A DNA stretch of 64,000 nt from Gemmatimonadaceae bacterium (GCA_033763905.1 JANRJP010000037.1:94737-158736); one strand, 5' to 3'. Shown: positions 39,490 through 50,882, counted from the stretch's first letter. Translations and numbers: made by a program. The notes: a model not told the origin generated them from the sequence alone.

Positions 39490-40797
39490 TCAGGCGTAGA
39501 TGCCGCGCAACCGATGCACTGTCGCTACGCGGGAGATCGACAGCATATACGCCGCCGTCCGCATATTGACCTTGTGCTGCTGCGACAGCTTCAGCACGTC
39601 CTGGAACGAGCGCGTCATGATCTGCTCCAGCCGCTCGTTCACTTCGGCTTCCTGCCAGAAGTAGCCGTGGCGGTCCTGCACCCACTCGAAGTACGACACC
39701 GTCACGCCACCCGCGTTCGCGAGGATGTCCGGGATCACGAAGATGCCCTTCTCGTCGAGAATGGCATCCGCCGCCGCCGAGGTTGGGCCGTTCGCCCCTT
39801 CGCAGATGATGCGCGCCTTGATCTTGTCGGCGTTCTTCGTCGTGATGACGTTCTCGAGCGCTGCGGGCAGCAGCACGTCCACTTCGAGGCCGAAGAGCTC
39901 GTCATTGGTGAGCACGTCGCCCCCGGTGAAGCCTTCGAGCGTCCCGTGCTGCTTGGTCCAGGCCATCGCGGCCTGCACGTCGATGCCCTGCTTGTTGTAG
40001 ACGCCGCCGGCGCGGTCGGTGATCGCAACGATCTTGCAGCCTTCGCGCTCGAGCAACATCGCCGCGGTGGAGCCCACGTTGCCGAAGCCCTGCACCGCCA
40101 CCGTCGCGCCCTGCGGCTTCATCCCGAAATTGGCCAGCGCGAGCTTCGTCACGACCGTGCACCCGCGTCCCGTCGCTTCCTTGCGACCGAGGGAGCCGCC
40201 CATCTCCACTGGCTTGCCGGTGACAACCGCCGTCACCGTGTGCCGCATATGCATCGAGTAGGTGTCCATCACCCACGCCATCACGCGTTCGTTCGTGTTG
40301 ACGTCGGGCGCCGGCACGTCGCTGTCGGGGCCAAGCACCGAGATGATGCCGGCGGTGTAGCGACGCGTCAGCCGCTCCAGCTCACCGACGCTCATCTTGA
40401 GCGGATCACACACCACCCCGCCTTTCGCTCCACCGAAGGGGATGTTGACCACGGCGCATTTCCACGCCATCCACGCCGCCAGCGCCGTCACCTCTTCGAG
40501 CGTCACCGCGGTATCGAAGCGGATGCCACCCTTGCCCGGGCCACGCGACGTGTTGTAGAGCACGCGATGGCCGGTGAACACTTCGACTTCGCCGTTGTCC
40601 ATCAGCACCGGCACCGACACGGTGATCTGCTTTTCGGCGTGCCGAAGCACCTTGTAGAGGCCGGGTTCGAGATCGAGCAATTCCGCCGCGCGGTCAAAGC
40701 GCGACATCATCGCCTCGAACGGGTTCTCTTCGGAAAGGAATCGGTCCTTGTCGGGACGGACGATTCGGTCGGTCGGGAGTCGGAGGTCGGTGGCCAT
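39490..40797 (-). CDS. gdhA: Glutamate dehydrogenase (Glu/Leu/Phe/Val family)
   Basis: [44 protein letters not shown]. Confidence 0.93.
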   Translation of the reverse strand: MATDLRLPTDRIVRPDKDRFLSEENPFEAMMSRFDRAAELLDLEPGLYKVLRHAEKQITVSVPVLMDNGEVEVFTGHRVLYNTSRGPGKGGIRFDTAVTLEEVTALAAWMAWKCAVVNIPFGGAKGGVVCDPLKMSVGELERLTRRYTAGIISVLGPDSDVPAPDVNTNERVMAWVMDTYSMHMRHTVTAVVTGKPVEMGGSLGRKEATGRGCTVVTKLALANFGMKPQGATVAVQGFGNVGSTAAMLLEREGCKIVAITDRAGGVYNKQGIDVQAAMAWTKQHGTLEGFTGGDVLTNDELFGLEVDVLLPAALENVITTKNADKIKARIICEGANGPTSAAADAILDEKGIFVIPDILANAGGVTVSYFEWVQDRHGYFWQEAEVNERLEQIMTRSFQDVLKLSQQHKVNMRTAAYMLSISRVATVHRLRGIYA

Positions 40798-40821
40798 AGC
40801 CTGAGGGATGAGCTGCCGGAT

Positions 40822-41850
40822 TCAGCCCGGCAGGGTCGCGCGCGCGTCCAGCACGGCGGCGAGCGCCCCATCCAGGGCGGAACCGCCGTCCTCGACGACG
40901 ACGCGTTGAGAAACATACCAGAGCGGCGACGCTGTGCGAGGCCATCTCTGGGCCAGCTTGACAGCGTCCTTGAGGGTCGTCACCACCCGCCGGTCGCCCG
41001 CCGCCGCCGCGAGCGAGGCGATATCGCGATCGCTGTAGCCGTAGTGATCCGGGTAATGCTTCAACTGCACCTCCGCGCCGGCCGCTGCCAACTGCGCCCG
41101 GAACGACGACGGATCACCAATCCCGCAGATCGCGAGGACCGACGTCCCCGCCAGTGCCCCGACGGCGCCGCCGTCGGTGCCGTCCATCGCCGACAGCCGA
41201 TCCGCCACGAGCGCCACGATGGCCTGGGGCACCGCCGGTGCCACACGCTGGACCGCCGTCGCCACAGCGCGCGCACGTGCGAGCGAGACCGCCTTGCGCG
41301 TGATCACCAGCAGATGCGCTCGCCGCAGCCCGACGATCGGCTCTCGCCACGGACCGGCCGGCAACACCTGCAACGCGTCGTGCCAACGGTCGGCACTCAC
41401 CAGCACGACATCCCGGACGCGGCCGGCTCGCCGATGCTGAAAGGCGTCGTCCAGCACCACCACGTCGGCGCCGGCGCGACGCGCCAACTGCGCGCCCGCC
41501 ACCCGATCGGATGTGGTGATCACCGGCACCGTCGGGTTCAGATGCCGATGCACCATTGGCTCATCGTCACCGTAGCCGCGGAGTACCAACGCCGGCGCCC
41601 CGCCGCGCTGCTGCAGCGCCGCGGCGCACCACGCGGCCACCGGGGTCTTGCCCGTCCCGCCCACCGACAGATTGCCGATCGACAACGCCGGCACCGGCAT
41701 CGCGTGCACGTGCGTCGGGACATCGTACCACGCATTGCGCCATCGCATCACGCCGCCGTACACCGCCGAGAGCGGCCGCAACGCGCCACGCGCGATGCGC
41801 GCCCCGCGATCGGTGCCGTACCACAGCCAGTCCAGCAGCGCGGCTGCCAT
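40822..41850 (-). CDS. lpxK: Tetraacyldisaccharide 4'-kinase
   Basis: GNLSVGGTGKTP, RGY, DDAFQH, LPAGPWRE, TT.KDAVK. Confidence 0.94.
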   Translation of the reverse strand: MAAALLDWLWYGTDRGARIARGALRPLSAVYGGVMRWRNAWYDVPTHVHAMPVPALSIGNLSVGGTGKTPVAAWCAAALQQRGGAPALVLRGYGDDEPMVHRHLNPTVPVITTSDRVAGAQLARRAGADVVVLDDAFQHRRAGRVRDVVLVSADRWHDALQVLPAGPWREPIVGLRRAHLLVITRKAVSLARARAVATAVQRVAPAVPQAIVALVADRLSAMDGTDGGAVGALAGTSVLAICGIGDPSSFRAQLAAAGAEVQLKHYPDHYGYSDRDIASLAAAAGDRRVVTTLKDAVKLAQRWPRTASPLWYVSQRVVVEDGGSALDGALAAVLDARATLPG

Positions 41851-41851
41851 C

Positions 41852-42487
41852 CTACGCGTCCGCCCCGATGCGCGCCCCAGCCGTGCGCAACGCGCTGGCC
41901 ACGTCGGCGTTCGCGCCGTCGATGCCGTCGGGATGCGCGTCGGTCACCCGAAGCGGGGGGCCGTAGCTGACGTCGATGGCGGCGAAGGGTTTCGGAATCA
42001 GGAACCGATCCCAACTGCGCATCCGCCACGCGCGCGGCACGGCGATGCGGATCGGAATGATCGGCACGCTGGCGCGCCGCGACGCCAACGCCGCCCCGGG
42101 TGCTACCGAGAAGCGTGGCCCGCGCGGCCCGTCCACCGTCACCGCCACCGCGTGCCCCTCACGGAGCCCCTGCACCATCGCGGCCAATGCCGCCGCACCG
42201 CCGCGCGACGACGAGCCGCGAATGCCTCGGATGCCGAACCCCTGCCCGATCTGCGTGATCAGCTCACCGTCGTTGGACTGACTGATGATGGCGTGCAAGG
42301 GATCCTTGCCGTGCACGACCAACGGCACGAGGAACTCGCCGTGCCACAACGCGAGTACGAAGCCACCGGCCGCGCGCGCGTCATCATAGTGCGCGCGATC
42401 GTGAAACCGGAGCCGCCACGTCCACGACAACACCCGGAGGAAGAGTCGCCCCGCCAGCACGGCCAGACGCAAACGCCAGCCGGTCAC
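41852..42487 (-). CDS. DUF374 family acyltransferase (LpxJ-like)
   Basis: ALWHG, S.S.DGE, RGSSSRGG, VDGPRGP, SWDRF.IPKPF. Confidence 0.8.
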   Translation of the reverse strand: MTGWRLRLAVLAGRLFLRVLSWTWRLRFHDRAHYDDARAAGGFVLALWHGEFLVPLVVHGKDPLHAIISQSNDGELITQIGQGFGIRGIRGSSSRGGAAALAAMVQGLREGHAVAVTVDGPRGPRFSVAPGAALASRRASVPIIPIRIAVPRAWRMRSWDRFLIPKPFAAIDVSYGPPLRVTDAHPDGIDGANADVASALRTAGARIGADA

Positions 42488-43599
42488 GGCACCATCCGGT
42501 CGGCGATGGCCGCCACGCGGGCAGCCGCGCCGGGCTCGCCGAGGCTGGCGGCCACCGCGCCAAGTCCCTCGAGCTGCGCGCGACGCTCGGGCGCGTCGGC
42601 CACGAGCAAGGGCCGCACCCGCGCGGCGAGCGCGTCCGCGGTCATCGCTTCCTGGATCAATTCGGGCACCACCTCACGACCCGCCACGATGTTCACCAGC
42701 GAGACATGTGGCAGCGCCACCAGCCGCCGAGCGATCGCCACGGTCAGCGGGTTGGCGCGGTACCCCACCACCAGCGGACACCCGGCGACCGCGGCCTCGA
42801 GCGTATTGGTGCCACTCTTGCTCAAGGCGGCGTCCGCCGCCCGGTAGATCGTTCCCGCCGCCCCGACGACCGTGCGGAAGGGCGACGTGGGGACCGACCG
42901 ACCCGGCGCCTGCGCCACCAGCACCTCTAACCCCGGGCGCTCCGCCTGCAACCGCAGCGCAGCGTCGCGCATCGGTGCCCAATGCCGCGCGATCTCCCCC
43001 GTGCGGCTGCCGGGAAACAGCGCAAGCACCGGCACGTCGGGTGCCAGCCCCAACGTGCGCCGAGCCTCGGCCCGTGTCGGCAATGCCGCCGCGTGCTCGG
43101 CCAGCGGATGCCCGACGAACGTCGTCGGGATACCCGCCGATTCGAGCAACGGCGCTTCGAACGGCAGAATCACGGCCGCGTGCGCGATGTCGCGCGACAT
43201 TCGCGCCAGCCGCCCTTTGCCCCAGGCCCAGACCTGCGGCGTGATGTAGTAGAGGACGGGAATGCCCGCGGCCCGAGCGGCGGTCGCCACACGCAGGTTG
43301 AAGCCGGGATAGTCGAGCAGTACCACCAACGCGGTGTGTCCACGGGCGAATCGCTCGCGCAGGCGGGTGAGCAGGCGCCAGTGTCGAGGGATCGCCCCGA
43401 TGACTTCGACAAAGCCCATCGCCGAGAGATCACGACAGTCGACGATCACCTCCGCACCGGCCGCCCGCAGCCGATCACCACCGATCGCCACCTGATGCAG
43501 GTCGGGCCGCCGAGCCGCCAGCGCTGCGGCCACCGGCCCCGCGTGCAGGTCGCCACTTGCCTCGCCGGTGACGAAAAGCACCTCGCGGCGCGCGGGCAT
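42484..43599 (-). CDS. lpxB: Lipid-A-disaccharide synthase
   Basis: GEASGDLH, MGFVEV, DYPGFN, PQVWAW, FVGHPL, PGSR..E. Confidence 0.95.
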   Translation of the reverse strand: MPARREVLFVTGEASGDLHAGPVAAALAARRPDLHQVAIGGDRLRAAGAEVIVDCRDLSAMGFVEVIGAIPRHWRLLTRLRERFARGHTALVVLLDYPGFNLRVATAARAAGIPVLYYITPQVWAWGKGRLARMSRDIAHAAVILPFEAPLLESAGIPTTFVGHPLAEHAAALPTRAEARRTLGLAPDVPVLALFPGSRTGEIARHWAPMRDAALRLQAERPGLEVLVAQAPGRSVPTSPFRTVVGAAGTIYRAADAALSKSGTNTLEAAVAGCPLVVGYRANPLTVAIARRLVALPHVSLVNIVAGREVVPELIQEAMTADALAARVRPLLVADAPERRAQLEGLGAVAASLGEPGAAARVAAIADRMVP

Positions 43600-43603
43600 C
43601 GGA

Positions 43604-44557
43604 CTAGTGGCCGAGGATCGTCGTGTCGATCTGCTGCGCGACCGCGAGCGCCGCGCGGCCCGCCGCCAACGTCACCGGCGGCTCACGACGTGCGGCGATT
43701 GCCCCAAGCCAGTCGCTGAGTTCCATTCGCAGCGTCTCTCCCTCGGGGGCATCCAACACGAGCCGCTCGGTGAACGCGGTCACATCCTGCGGCTGTGCGG
43801 CGAGCTCGGCGGGGTCCACGTCCTGCCGCAGCCGCAGGAACTCCGCCGTGCCGGCCGCGAGGTCCAGCCGCATCACACCGTTCGCCTGCCACACCGTGAG
43901 CGTGCGGCGCCGCTCCGCGGCGAGTCGCATCGCCGATAGATTCGCCACGGCACCATCGGCGAACGTCAGCCGCGCCTCGGCCACATCGGTCGTGTCTCGC
44001 ATCCAGCGGCCGCCCGAGGCGTCGATGCGCGTCGGCTCCTGCCCCACGAGCCACAGGACCAGATCCACATCGTGGATCATCAGGTCGGCCACCACCGACA
44101 CATCGGCGCCGCGCGGGGTGTACGGGTTGTGCCGCGCGGCCTCGAGATATCGCGGGGCATCGATGTAGGGGCGCGCCGCCCGGACCGCGCGGTTGTACCG
44201 CTCGACGTGTCCGACCTGCACCGTGAGCCCCCGCCCCGCGACCAGTGCGACGAGCGCGTCGGCCTCGGCCACGGTGGCCGTCACCGGCTTCTCGATGAAC
44301 GCGTGGCGGCCCGCCGAGAGCACGGCGCTGGCGGTCGCCGCGTGCGCGCGCGTCGGCACCACCACGCTCACCGCATCGGTCGCGTCGAGCAGCGCGTCGA
44401 GCGACGTGAACGCCGTCACGCCCAGCTCCGACGCCACGGTTGCCGCGCGCGCCGCGTTGCCGTCGTAGAAGCCGGCAAAGCGGTCGCCCGCCAGCTCGCG
44501 CAGAATGCGCACGTGATGCCGACCCAAGGCCCCCGCGCCGGCCACCCCGACCCGCAT
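43604..44557 (-). CDS. Gfo/Idh/MocA oxidoreductase, GnnA-like
   Basis: GAGALG, VPT..H, EKP, QVGHVERYN, DLMIHD; located between lpxA and lpxB. Confidence 0.8.
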   Translation of the reverse strand: MRVGVAGAGALGRHHVRILRELAGDRFAGFYDGNAARAATVASELGVTAFTSLDALLDATDAVSVVVPTRAHAATASAVLSAGRHAFIEKPVTATVAEADALVALVAGRGLTVQVGHVERYNRAVRAARPYIDAPRYLEAARHNPYTPRGADVSVVADLMIHDVDLVLWLVGQEPTRIDASGGRWMRDTTDVAEARLTFADGAVANLSAMRLAAERRRTLTVWQANGVMRLDLAAGTAEFLRLRQDVDPAELAAQPQDVTAFTERLVLDAPEGETLRMELSDWLGAIAARREPPVTLAAGRAALAVAQQIDTTILGH

Positions 44558-44559
44558 CG

Positions 44560-45336
44560 TCACACGACCACGCCGCGCTCGCTGGCGCCAACGAATTGCA
44601 GGAAGGCCTGCACCTCGGGGAACAGCTGCAGCTCCGCTTCGGCCCGTGCCATCGCCTGCGATACGTTGAGCTCCGACCGGAAGAACAGCCGGTACGCCCG
44701 CTTGAGCTCGCGCACGATCTCCGGCGCGAACCCGCTCCGCTCGAGCCCGACCGAATTGAGGCCGTAGAGCTTGATCGGATTCCCCACCGCCTTGATGAAC
44801 GGCGGCACGTCCTTCGGGACGCGCGAACTGCCGCCGATGAAGCTGTGCCGCCCGATCTTCACGAACTGGTGGATCGTGCAGAGCCCCGAAATGTTCACGC
44901 GATCTTCGACCGTCACGTGCCCTGCGATCTGGGTGCCGTTGGCAATGATCACGTGGTCGCCCACGTGACAATCGTGGCCCAGGTGCACGTAGGACATCAG
45001 AAAGCAGTGCTTCCCGATCGTGGTCTTGTACGAGTGCGTGGTCCCGCGGTTCACGGTGGTGTAGTCGCGAATCGTCGTGCCTTCTCCCACTTCGACGACC
45101 GTGACTTCGCCCTTGAACTTGAGATCCTGCGGGTCTCCGCCCAGCGCCACGCCAGTCCCGATCGTCACCGAGGGCCCGAGGCGGACGTGCCGCTCGAGCA
45201 CACTGTGCGGCCCGATGCGGCAGCCATCGCCGATCTGCACATCGTCGCCGATGACGACGAACGGCCCGATCTCGACACCGTCCCCGATCTGCGCATCGGG
45301 CGCGATCACCGCGGTGGGATGGATGCGGGTGCTCAC
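44560..45336 (-). CDS. lpxA: UDP-N-acetylglucosamine acyltransferase
   Basis: IHPTAVI hexapeptide repeats, PQDLKF, HLGHDC, HQF, KDVPPF, GLNSVGL. Confidence 0.95.
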   Translation of the reverse strand: MSTRIHPTAVIAPDAQIGDGVEIGPFVVIGDDVQIGDGCRIGPHSVLERHVRLGPSVTIGTGVALGGDPQDLKFKGEVTVVEVGEGTTIRDYTTVNRGTTHSYKTTIGKHCFLMSYVHLGHDCHVGDHVIIANGTQIAGHVTVEDRVNISGLCTIHQFVKIGRHSFIGGSSRVPKDVPPFIKAVGNPIKLYGLNSVGLERSGFAPEIVRELKRAYRLFFRSELNVSQAMARAEAELQLFPEVQAFLQFVGASERGVVV

Positions 45337-46613
45337 CGGTCGCGCACCATCGCCGCCATCTCGCCTTCACACACGACGTCGCCATCCACCTTCGCGACGC
45401 CCTGAATGCGGCAGACACGCCCGCGAATCTGCAGCACTTCCACTTCGAAGCGCAGCTGATCGCCCGGCTTGACCGGCTTGCGGAACTTCACGTTATCGAG
45501 ACTCATGAAGTACACCACCTTCGACTCGGGCTCCTCGACGGTGCCGAGCAGCAGCAGCCCGCCCACCTGAGCCATCGCTTCGACGATCAGCACGCCGGGC
45601 ATAATCGGGTGCCCGGGAAAGTGCCCCTGGAAGAACGGCTCGTTGATCGTGACGTTCTTGATCCCGACCACCCGCTTGCCCGCCTCCAGTTCCAGCACTC
45701 GATCGACGAGCAGGAACGGATACCGGTGCGGCAACAGCTTGATGATGTCCTCGATCCCCAACTGCACGCTGGCCTCCTCTGAATTGGCATCCTGCACGAG
45801 CGCCTGCACGAACGCGATCGTGCCGCGGTGACTGGGCTTGATGGCCGTGACCTGCCCGATGATCGGCTGTCCGGCGAGCGCCAGATCACCGATGCAGTCG
45901 AGCAGCTTGTGACGCACGCACTCGTCGGTCCACCTCAGCGGACCCGACAGTGATCCCGACGGGCCGAAGACCACGGCGTTCTCGACGCTCGCGCCCCGAA
46001 TCAGTCCCTTGGCCCGCAGCGCCTCGACCTCTTCCACGAAGCCGAAGGTCCGTGCCGACGCCACCGCTTCGCGAAACTGCGTCGGCGTCACCGCCGCGCG
46101 CATCTGTTGACGACCCACCATCGGGTGCGGAAACTCGATCGTCACGTCGAGGGTGAACGTCGGGGCCGGCACGGCTTCGTACACCGACTCGCCATCGACC
46201 ACCCGAATCGGGCGACGAATCACCAGCGGGCGAACCAGCTCGCCGTGCTCGACGATGCCCGCCGCGTCGATCGCCGTCACGAACGGCGCGGCGCTCCCGT
46301 CGCCGATCGGCGGCTCCGCCGCCGTGCACGCCACGTCGGCGTCATCGATCCCAAGCCCGGCCAAGGCCGCGAGTACGTGCTCCACCGTGTGGAAGGCGCT
46401 CTCGCCCTGTCCAAGCTGCGTGCGGCGCTCGACCTGCACCGCTTCGGCAATCCGCGCGGGCACCGGCGTGGCGCCCTCCACATCGAGCCGCCGGAACGTA
46501 ATGCCGTGCCCCGGGGGCGCCGGCGCGAAGGTCAGCGTGCTCGCCGCCCCGGTGTGCAACCCGACACCGGTCACGCTGGCGCGTCCGCCCAACGTCCGCC
46601 GACGACGGGTCAC
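45333..46613 (-). CDS. lpxC/fabZ: Bifunctional LpxC/FabZ fusion
   Basis: GVGLHTG, TVEH, ARTF, HKLLD..GDL, then [24 protein letters not shown] in one frame. Confidence 0.94.
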   Translation of the reverse strand: MTRRRRTLGGRASVTGVGLHTGAASTLTFAPAPPGHGITFRRLDVEGATPVPARIAEAVQVERRTQLGQGESAFHTVEHVLAALAGLGIDDADVACTAAEPPIGDGSAAPFVTAIDAAGIVEHGELVRPLVIRRPIRVVDGESVYEAVPAPTFTLDVTIEFPHPMVGRQQMRAAVTPTQFREAVASARTFGFVEEVEALRAKGLIRGASVENAVVFGPSGSLSGPLRWTDECVRHKLLDCIGDLALAGQPIIGQVTAIKPSHRGTIAFVQALVQDANSEEASVQLGIEDIIKLLPHRYPFLLVDRVLELEAGKRVVGIKNVTINEPFFQGHFPGHPIMPGVLIVEAMAQVGGLLLLGTVEEPESKVVYFMSLDNVKFRKPVKPGDQLRFEVEVLQIRGRVCRIQGVAKVDGDVVCEGEMAAMVRDR

Positions 46614-47671
46614 GAGCCCTTCTCGAGCAGCTTCTCGAGCGGCCGAATGATTGCCGCAAGCCGATGCAACGCTGCCGACGCCCGCAAATGATCGCGATGC
46701 GGCCGCGCGTGCGTCCCGGACCACTTCCCGCCCGCCGGAATGTCGCCGAACACGCCCGACTGCGCGCCGACCATTGCGCCGTCGCCGATTGAGATGTTGT
46801 CGACTAGGCCGACCTGGCCGGCGAGAATGACGCCGTCGCCCACCTGCGTCGACCCGGCAATGCCCACCTGCGCCATCAGCAGGCAGAGCTTCCCGATCCG
46901 GACGTTGTGCGCGACGTGGACGAGATTGTCGATCTTCGTCCCCGCGCCAATCACGGTATCGTTGATCGATCCCCGATCGATGCAGGAGTTTGCGCCGACC
47001 TCGACATCGTCTTCAAGCACGCAGCGCCCGATGTGCGGCAGCTTGCGGTGTTGTCCATCACGGAAGACGTACTTGAAGCCTTCGCTGCCGATCCGCGCAC
47101 CACTCCGCACCTGCACGCGTTGACCGACCACCGTCCCCGAATGCAGCGTGACGTGCGGCCCGATCTCGCTCCCGGCGCCGACGGTCACGCCCGGCCCGAC
47201 GATCGCGTGCGCGTGCACCGTCACACCCGCGCCGAGCACGGCGCCGTGCCCGAGGATCGCATACGGGCCGACGGCCACCTCCGGACCAATCGACACGCCC
47301 TCGCCCACGACGGCGGACGGATGCACACCGGCCTGCCGCACCGGCGGGACATACAGCAACGGCAGGAGCGCGAGCAACGCCTCCATCGGCTTGTCGACCA
47401 CGATGCGCGCGCTCACACCGGGCGTTGGTGTCGCCGATACGTCAGGCGCCACGAGCAAGACGGCGGCACGCGTCGTAGCCGCTGCCGCGAGATACCTCGT
47501 TCCCGCGAGAAACGACAGTTCGCCGGCCGCGGCACGCTCGATCGGTGCGACCGCCGACACAACAACTGACGGGTCGCCGGCCAGAACGCCGCCGACCCGT
47601 TCGGCAATGTCACCGGCGGTCAACCCGCCCGTGGCCCCGGCGGCAGCGCCGCCGGGGTGCGCCGCACTCAC
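46610..47671 (-). CDS. lpxD: UDP-3-O-acylglucosamine N-acyltransferase
   Basis: Hexapeptide repeats, [22 protein letters not shown]. Confidence 0.95.
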   Translation of the reverse strand: MSAAHPGGAAAGATGGLTAGDIAERVGGVLAGDPSVVVSAVAPIERAAAGELSFLAGTRYLAAAATTRAAVLLVAPDVSATPTPGVSARIVVDKPMEALLALLPLLYVPPVRQAGVHPSAVVGEGVSIGPEVAVGPYAILGHGAVLGAGVTVHAHAIVGPGVTVGAGSEIGPHVTLHSGTVVGQRVQVRSGARIGSEGFKYVFRDGQHRKLPHIGRCVLEDDVEVGANSCIDRGSINDTVIGAGTKIDNLVHVAHNVRIGKLCLLMAQVGIAGSTQVGDGVILAGQVGLVDNISIGDGAMVGAQSGVFGDIPAGGKWSGTHARPHRDHLRASAALHRLAAIIRPLEKLLEKGS

Positions 47672-48312
47672 AGCGTCGGCGGCTTCGGACGAGCGAGGCC
47701 GGCCGGCTGCGACACGGGGCCCGTCGTGGGCTTCTTCTCGGCAGCAGGCGCCGCCGCCGGTGCCGTGGCCACTGGCAACGTCGGCTTCGGCATCATCCGC
47801 AGGCGCGAAATCACGCGATCCGTCAGATCGAGGTTCTTGTCCGACGCGACGATCGCGCCACCCTGCGCGGCATCAGCGTCGAAGATGATCGCGTAGCCTT
47901 CGGCCGCGCGCAGATCTTCAAGCGCGATGCGGATCTGCGCGGTGATCGGCTGCATCATCTCGGCCTGCCGCGCCTGGAACTGCCGCTGCAGCGACTGCTG
48001 CAGAATCTGCAGCTCCGCCGACCGCGCCCGGAGTGCCGAATCGCGCGTCGCCCGCACCTTTTCGGCCATCGCCGGCGCGGCCTTCTGGAAGTCGTTCACC
48101 TGCTTGGCGAAGTTCTCCTCGATCTTGCGCGACGAGTCGGACAGCGCCTGGTACTCCTTCTCCAGCGCCGCCTCGGCATCGGTGCGACCCGGCGCCGCCT
48201 CGAGCACGGCCTGCGAACGGATGTACGCGATCTTCTGCGGCGCCGCAGCCGGAGCCTGCGCAGCCAAGGGGGCCGCGAGCACCAGCGCGGCAGCAAACAC
48301 ACGACGCAACAT
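47668..48312 (-). CDS. skp: OmpH/Skp periplasmic chaperone
   Basis: Signal peptide, KIAYI, coiled coil, DLTDRVI; between bamA and lpxD; GGAG SD before ATG 48312. Confidence 0.85.
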   Translation of the reverse strand: MLRRVFAAALVLAAPLAAQAPAAAPQKIAYIRSQAVLEAAPGRTDAEAALEKEYQALSDSSRKIEENFAKQVNDFQKAAPAMAEKVRATRDSALRARSAELQILQQSLQRQFQARQAEMMQPITAQIRIALEDLRAAEGYAIIFDADAAQGGAIVASDKNLDLTDRVISRLRMMPKPTLPVATAPAAAPAAEKKPTTGPVSQPAGLARPKPPTL

Positions 48313-48340
48313 CAACAACTCCACGAAAAAGGGTCGAACA

Positions 48341-50776
48341 TCAGAACGCCATATTGCCCAGCCGGAAGTGGAACTGCCACTTCCCCTGGGTCTGGCCGAA
48401 CGCGTCCACGCGATCGAAGCCGTAGGCGTAGTCGAGGCCGAGCGGCCCCAGCGGGGAAATCACCGAGACCCCGACACCTGCCCCGCGGAACAGCCGCGTC
48501 GGGTCAAACTCTTGCGGGCGACGCCAGACATTACCCGCGTCATAGAACGCCGAGGCGTAGAACATCGAGTTGAAGCGCAACCCGATTTCCGCCGTCGACG
48601 AGAAGTAGGCACGACCGAACGACTCCTGCTGTGCCGAGAAGCCGCTGGTGTTGGGAATGAACCCTTGCGGCGTGATCGAGAACTCGGGGTACCCGCGCAA
48701 TGGCTCCCCGAACATCACACCACCCATCGCAAAGCTCTGGGTGATGAAGAACGGCCCCGGATCACCGAACACGCCGCCGCCTCGCACGCTCAGGCCCGCC
48801 ACCAGCTTGATTGGCTGCGACCCCAAGCCGCTGCCGCCAAACGTGAAGAGTGGCGCGTACGTCTTGAGTTCCGTCGTGTAGCGGGCGAAGGTCGAGGTAC
48901 CGCCGAGCACGCCACCCGAGAAGTTGGCCGAGAGACTCTGCAGCCCGCCCTGCGACGCGAAGGGCATATCGACGCGCGTGTCACGCTGGATCGACGTACC
49001 GACCGTGGAGCGGAAACAGCGCTCGCACAACGTCTGGAGCGACCCGAGCAGGTTGGAGCCCGAACCAAACTCCTGCCACTCGAAGTTGTAGTTCACGAAC
49101 GCCCGGGTGAAATACGAGCGCGGCACTGGGAAGCCCAGCTGGAAGCTCGAACCCGTGCGGCGGTTCGTGCCGATGCCGGCGATCGTGAAGCGGTTGACCG
49201 AGCGATACGCGTTGACCGATCCCGAGATCCGGCTCTGCCGAATCGCCGGATCGGTGTACGACGCGTTGAAGTCGTTGATGACGGCGCCGAACTGCCACTG
49301 GAGCGAGCCGCGCTTGCAGCGGCCGAACAGGTTCGGCTGGTCGAGTCCGATGAATCCGCCGAGCCCGACCACCTGACCGACGGAGGCGCCGAAATTGATG
49401 TTGCCGGTGCGCTTTTCCTTGACGCGGAAGATCACGTCCACGTCGCCTTCGTCGTTGGCCGGACGAGTGTCGGGCGGCGACAACGGCGTCTCGAAGAGCC
49501 CCATATTGCCCAGGCTCTGATACGACCGGAGCAGGCGGTCCTGATTGAACACGTCGCCCGGAATCATCACGAGCTGGTCGCGAATGCACTGCTCGACCGT
49601 GTAGTCGTTCCCCTGCACGTCGACGCGGTTCACGATCGCCGGCGACCGCTCCTCGACCACCCAGCGCAGATCCACGCGTGGGTCCTTCTCGGCCAAGCCG
49701 CGTCGCTCAATCGTCGGGCGCACCTGCGCGTAGATGTAGCCCTCGTTGCCGTACGCCGTGCGGAGCTTGCCCGTCGCGTCGTCCCACTTCGACTGGTTGA
49801 AGGCGTCCTTGGGCGTCTGCTTGCCCAGCAGCGACCGCACCCGGTCGCCCACGGTTGGCGCCTGCACCTGGAAGGGGTAATACAGGTTGATGTCGCTCGA
49901 GTTGAAGCGGCTGTTCCCTTCGACTTCAAAGCGACCGACCTTGTACCGAGGGCCCTCGTTCACCGTGAGTTCGACCAGCGCCTTGCCTCGCGCCGGGTCG
50001 ACGATGAGGGTGTCCTTGGTGACCTGAAAGTCGATGTAGCCCTTGTCGGCGTAGAGCTTCGGCAACCGCTCGGCGATGTCGCCGGCGAAGAGTTCGTCGT
50101 CGAACTCGCCATTCTGCCAAAACCAGAAGCCTTCGGGCTTGGTCTTCATCGCCTGCACCACCGACGCCGCCGGCAGGTTCTTCGCCCCGTTGATGCGGAT
50201 CCCCGACACCGCGAGGCGGCGCCCTTCGGACACCGTGAAGGTGAGCGAGACCCGGTCCCCGTTGACGATGGAATCCACCGCCACGCGCGCCAAGTAGTAG
50301 CCCGACTTCCGATACAGCGAGTCAATGCGATTGACCGACCGCGCCACCAGACCCGCATCGAGCGGCCGCCCGACGAGGACCTCGACGCGCTCACGGACGT
50401 CGCCTTCGTTCAGCGCCGACGGCCCGCGCACCGCGACCGCCGACAAAATGGGGCGCTCCTTCACGGCAATCACGAGCGCCGCCTTGATGCCGTCGGCCGA
50501 GAGCCGACAGCTGATTTTCACGTCCTCGTACTGACCGGACGAATACAGATTCTTGAGCGCCGCCTGAATCGTGCGGGCGCTGATCGCGTCGCCGCTCCGG
50601 ATGGCTGCGTCTTCCAGCACGGTCAGATCGTCCACGCGGCGATTGCCGGACACGATGATGGTGTCGGGCGCCACACAGCGCGGGTCCTGCGCCTCGGCCG
50701 ATGTGGCCGTCAACGACAGCGACACCGGGACGGCGGCCAGCACGGCAACGACCCGAAGAATCCGGAGAAACGGCAT
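48341..50776 (-). CDS. bamA: Outer membrane protein assembly factor BamA
   Basis: POTRA repeats, LRGY, SPLGPLGLDYAYG, C-terminal F. Confidence 0.93.
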   Translation of the reverse strand: MPFLRILRVVAVLAAVPVSLSLTATSAEAQDPRCVAPDTIIVSGNRRVDDLTVLEDAAIRSGDAISARTIQAALKNLYSSGQYEDVKISCRLSADGIKAALVIAVKERPILSAVAVRGPSALNEGDVRERVEVLVGRPLDAGLVARSVNRIDSLYRKSGYYLARVAVDSIVNGDRVSLTFTVSEGRRLAVSGIRINGAKNLPAASVVQAMKTKPEGFWFWQNGEFDDELFAGDIAERLPKLYADKGYIDFQVTKDTLIVDPARGKALVELTVNEGPRYKVGRFEVEGNSRFNSSDINLYYPFQVQAPTVGDRVRSLLGKQTPKDAFNQSKWDDATGKLRTAYGNEGYIYAQVRPTIERRGLAEKDPRVDLRWVVEERSPAIVNRVDVQGNDYTVEQCIRDQLVMIPGDVFNQDRLLRSYQSLGNMGLFETPLSPPDTRPANDEGDVDVIFRVKEKRTGNINFGASVGQVVGLGGFIGLDQPNLFGRCKRGSLQWQFGAVINDFNASYTDPAIRQSRISGSVNAYRSVNRFTIAGIGTNRRTGSSFQLGFPVPRSYFTRAFVNYNFEWQEFGSGSNLLGSLQTLCERCFRSTVGTSIQRDTRVDMPFASQGGLQSLSANFSGGVLGGTSTFARYTTELKTYAPLFTFGGSGLGSQPIKLVAGLSVRGGGVFGDPGPFFITQSFAMGGVMFGEPLRGYPEFSITPQGFIPNTSGFSAQQESFGRAYFSSTAEIGLRFNSMFYASAFYDAGNVWRRPQEFDPTRLFRGAGVGVSVISPLGPLGLDYAYGFDRVDAFGQTQGKWQFHFRLGNMAF

Positions 50777-50841
50777 AGCTCGCAAATATACACCGAAGCG
50801 CGCCAAGGGTCCCCCCTTGCAGGTCCAAGACCCCCAGTGAC

Positions 50842-50882
50842 GAACCGGGGGCGCCCCGCCTGTTGCGGAGCGCCCCCGGTTC
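50842..50882 (-). terminator. Hairpin downstream of clpC
   Basis: 18-bp inverted repeat GAACCGGGGGCGC(T/C)CCGC; the single mismatch is a G-U pair on the minus-strand RNA. Confidence 0.65.

Noticed and set aside
38320..41970. 1216-aa plus-strand ORF, and similar long antisense ORFs (4022-6298, 26943-28649, 33913-35778, 47927-50959)
   Set aside because: They lie opposite clearly identified genes and have no recognisable motifs; expected shadow ORFs in high-GC DNA.
45333..46613. LpxC-FabZ fusion as a novelty
   Set aside because: A known fusion in Bacteroidota/Chlorobiota and related lineages.
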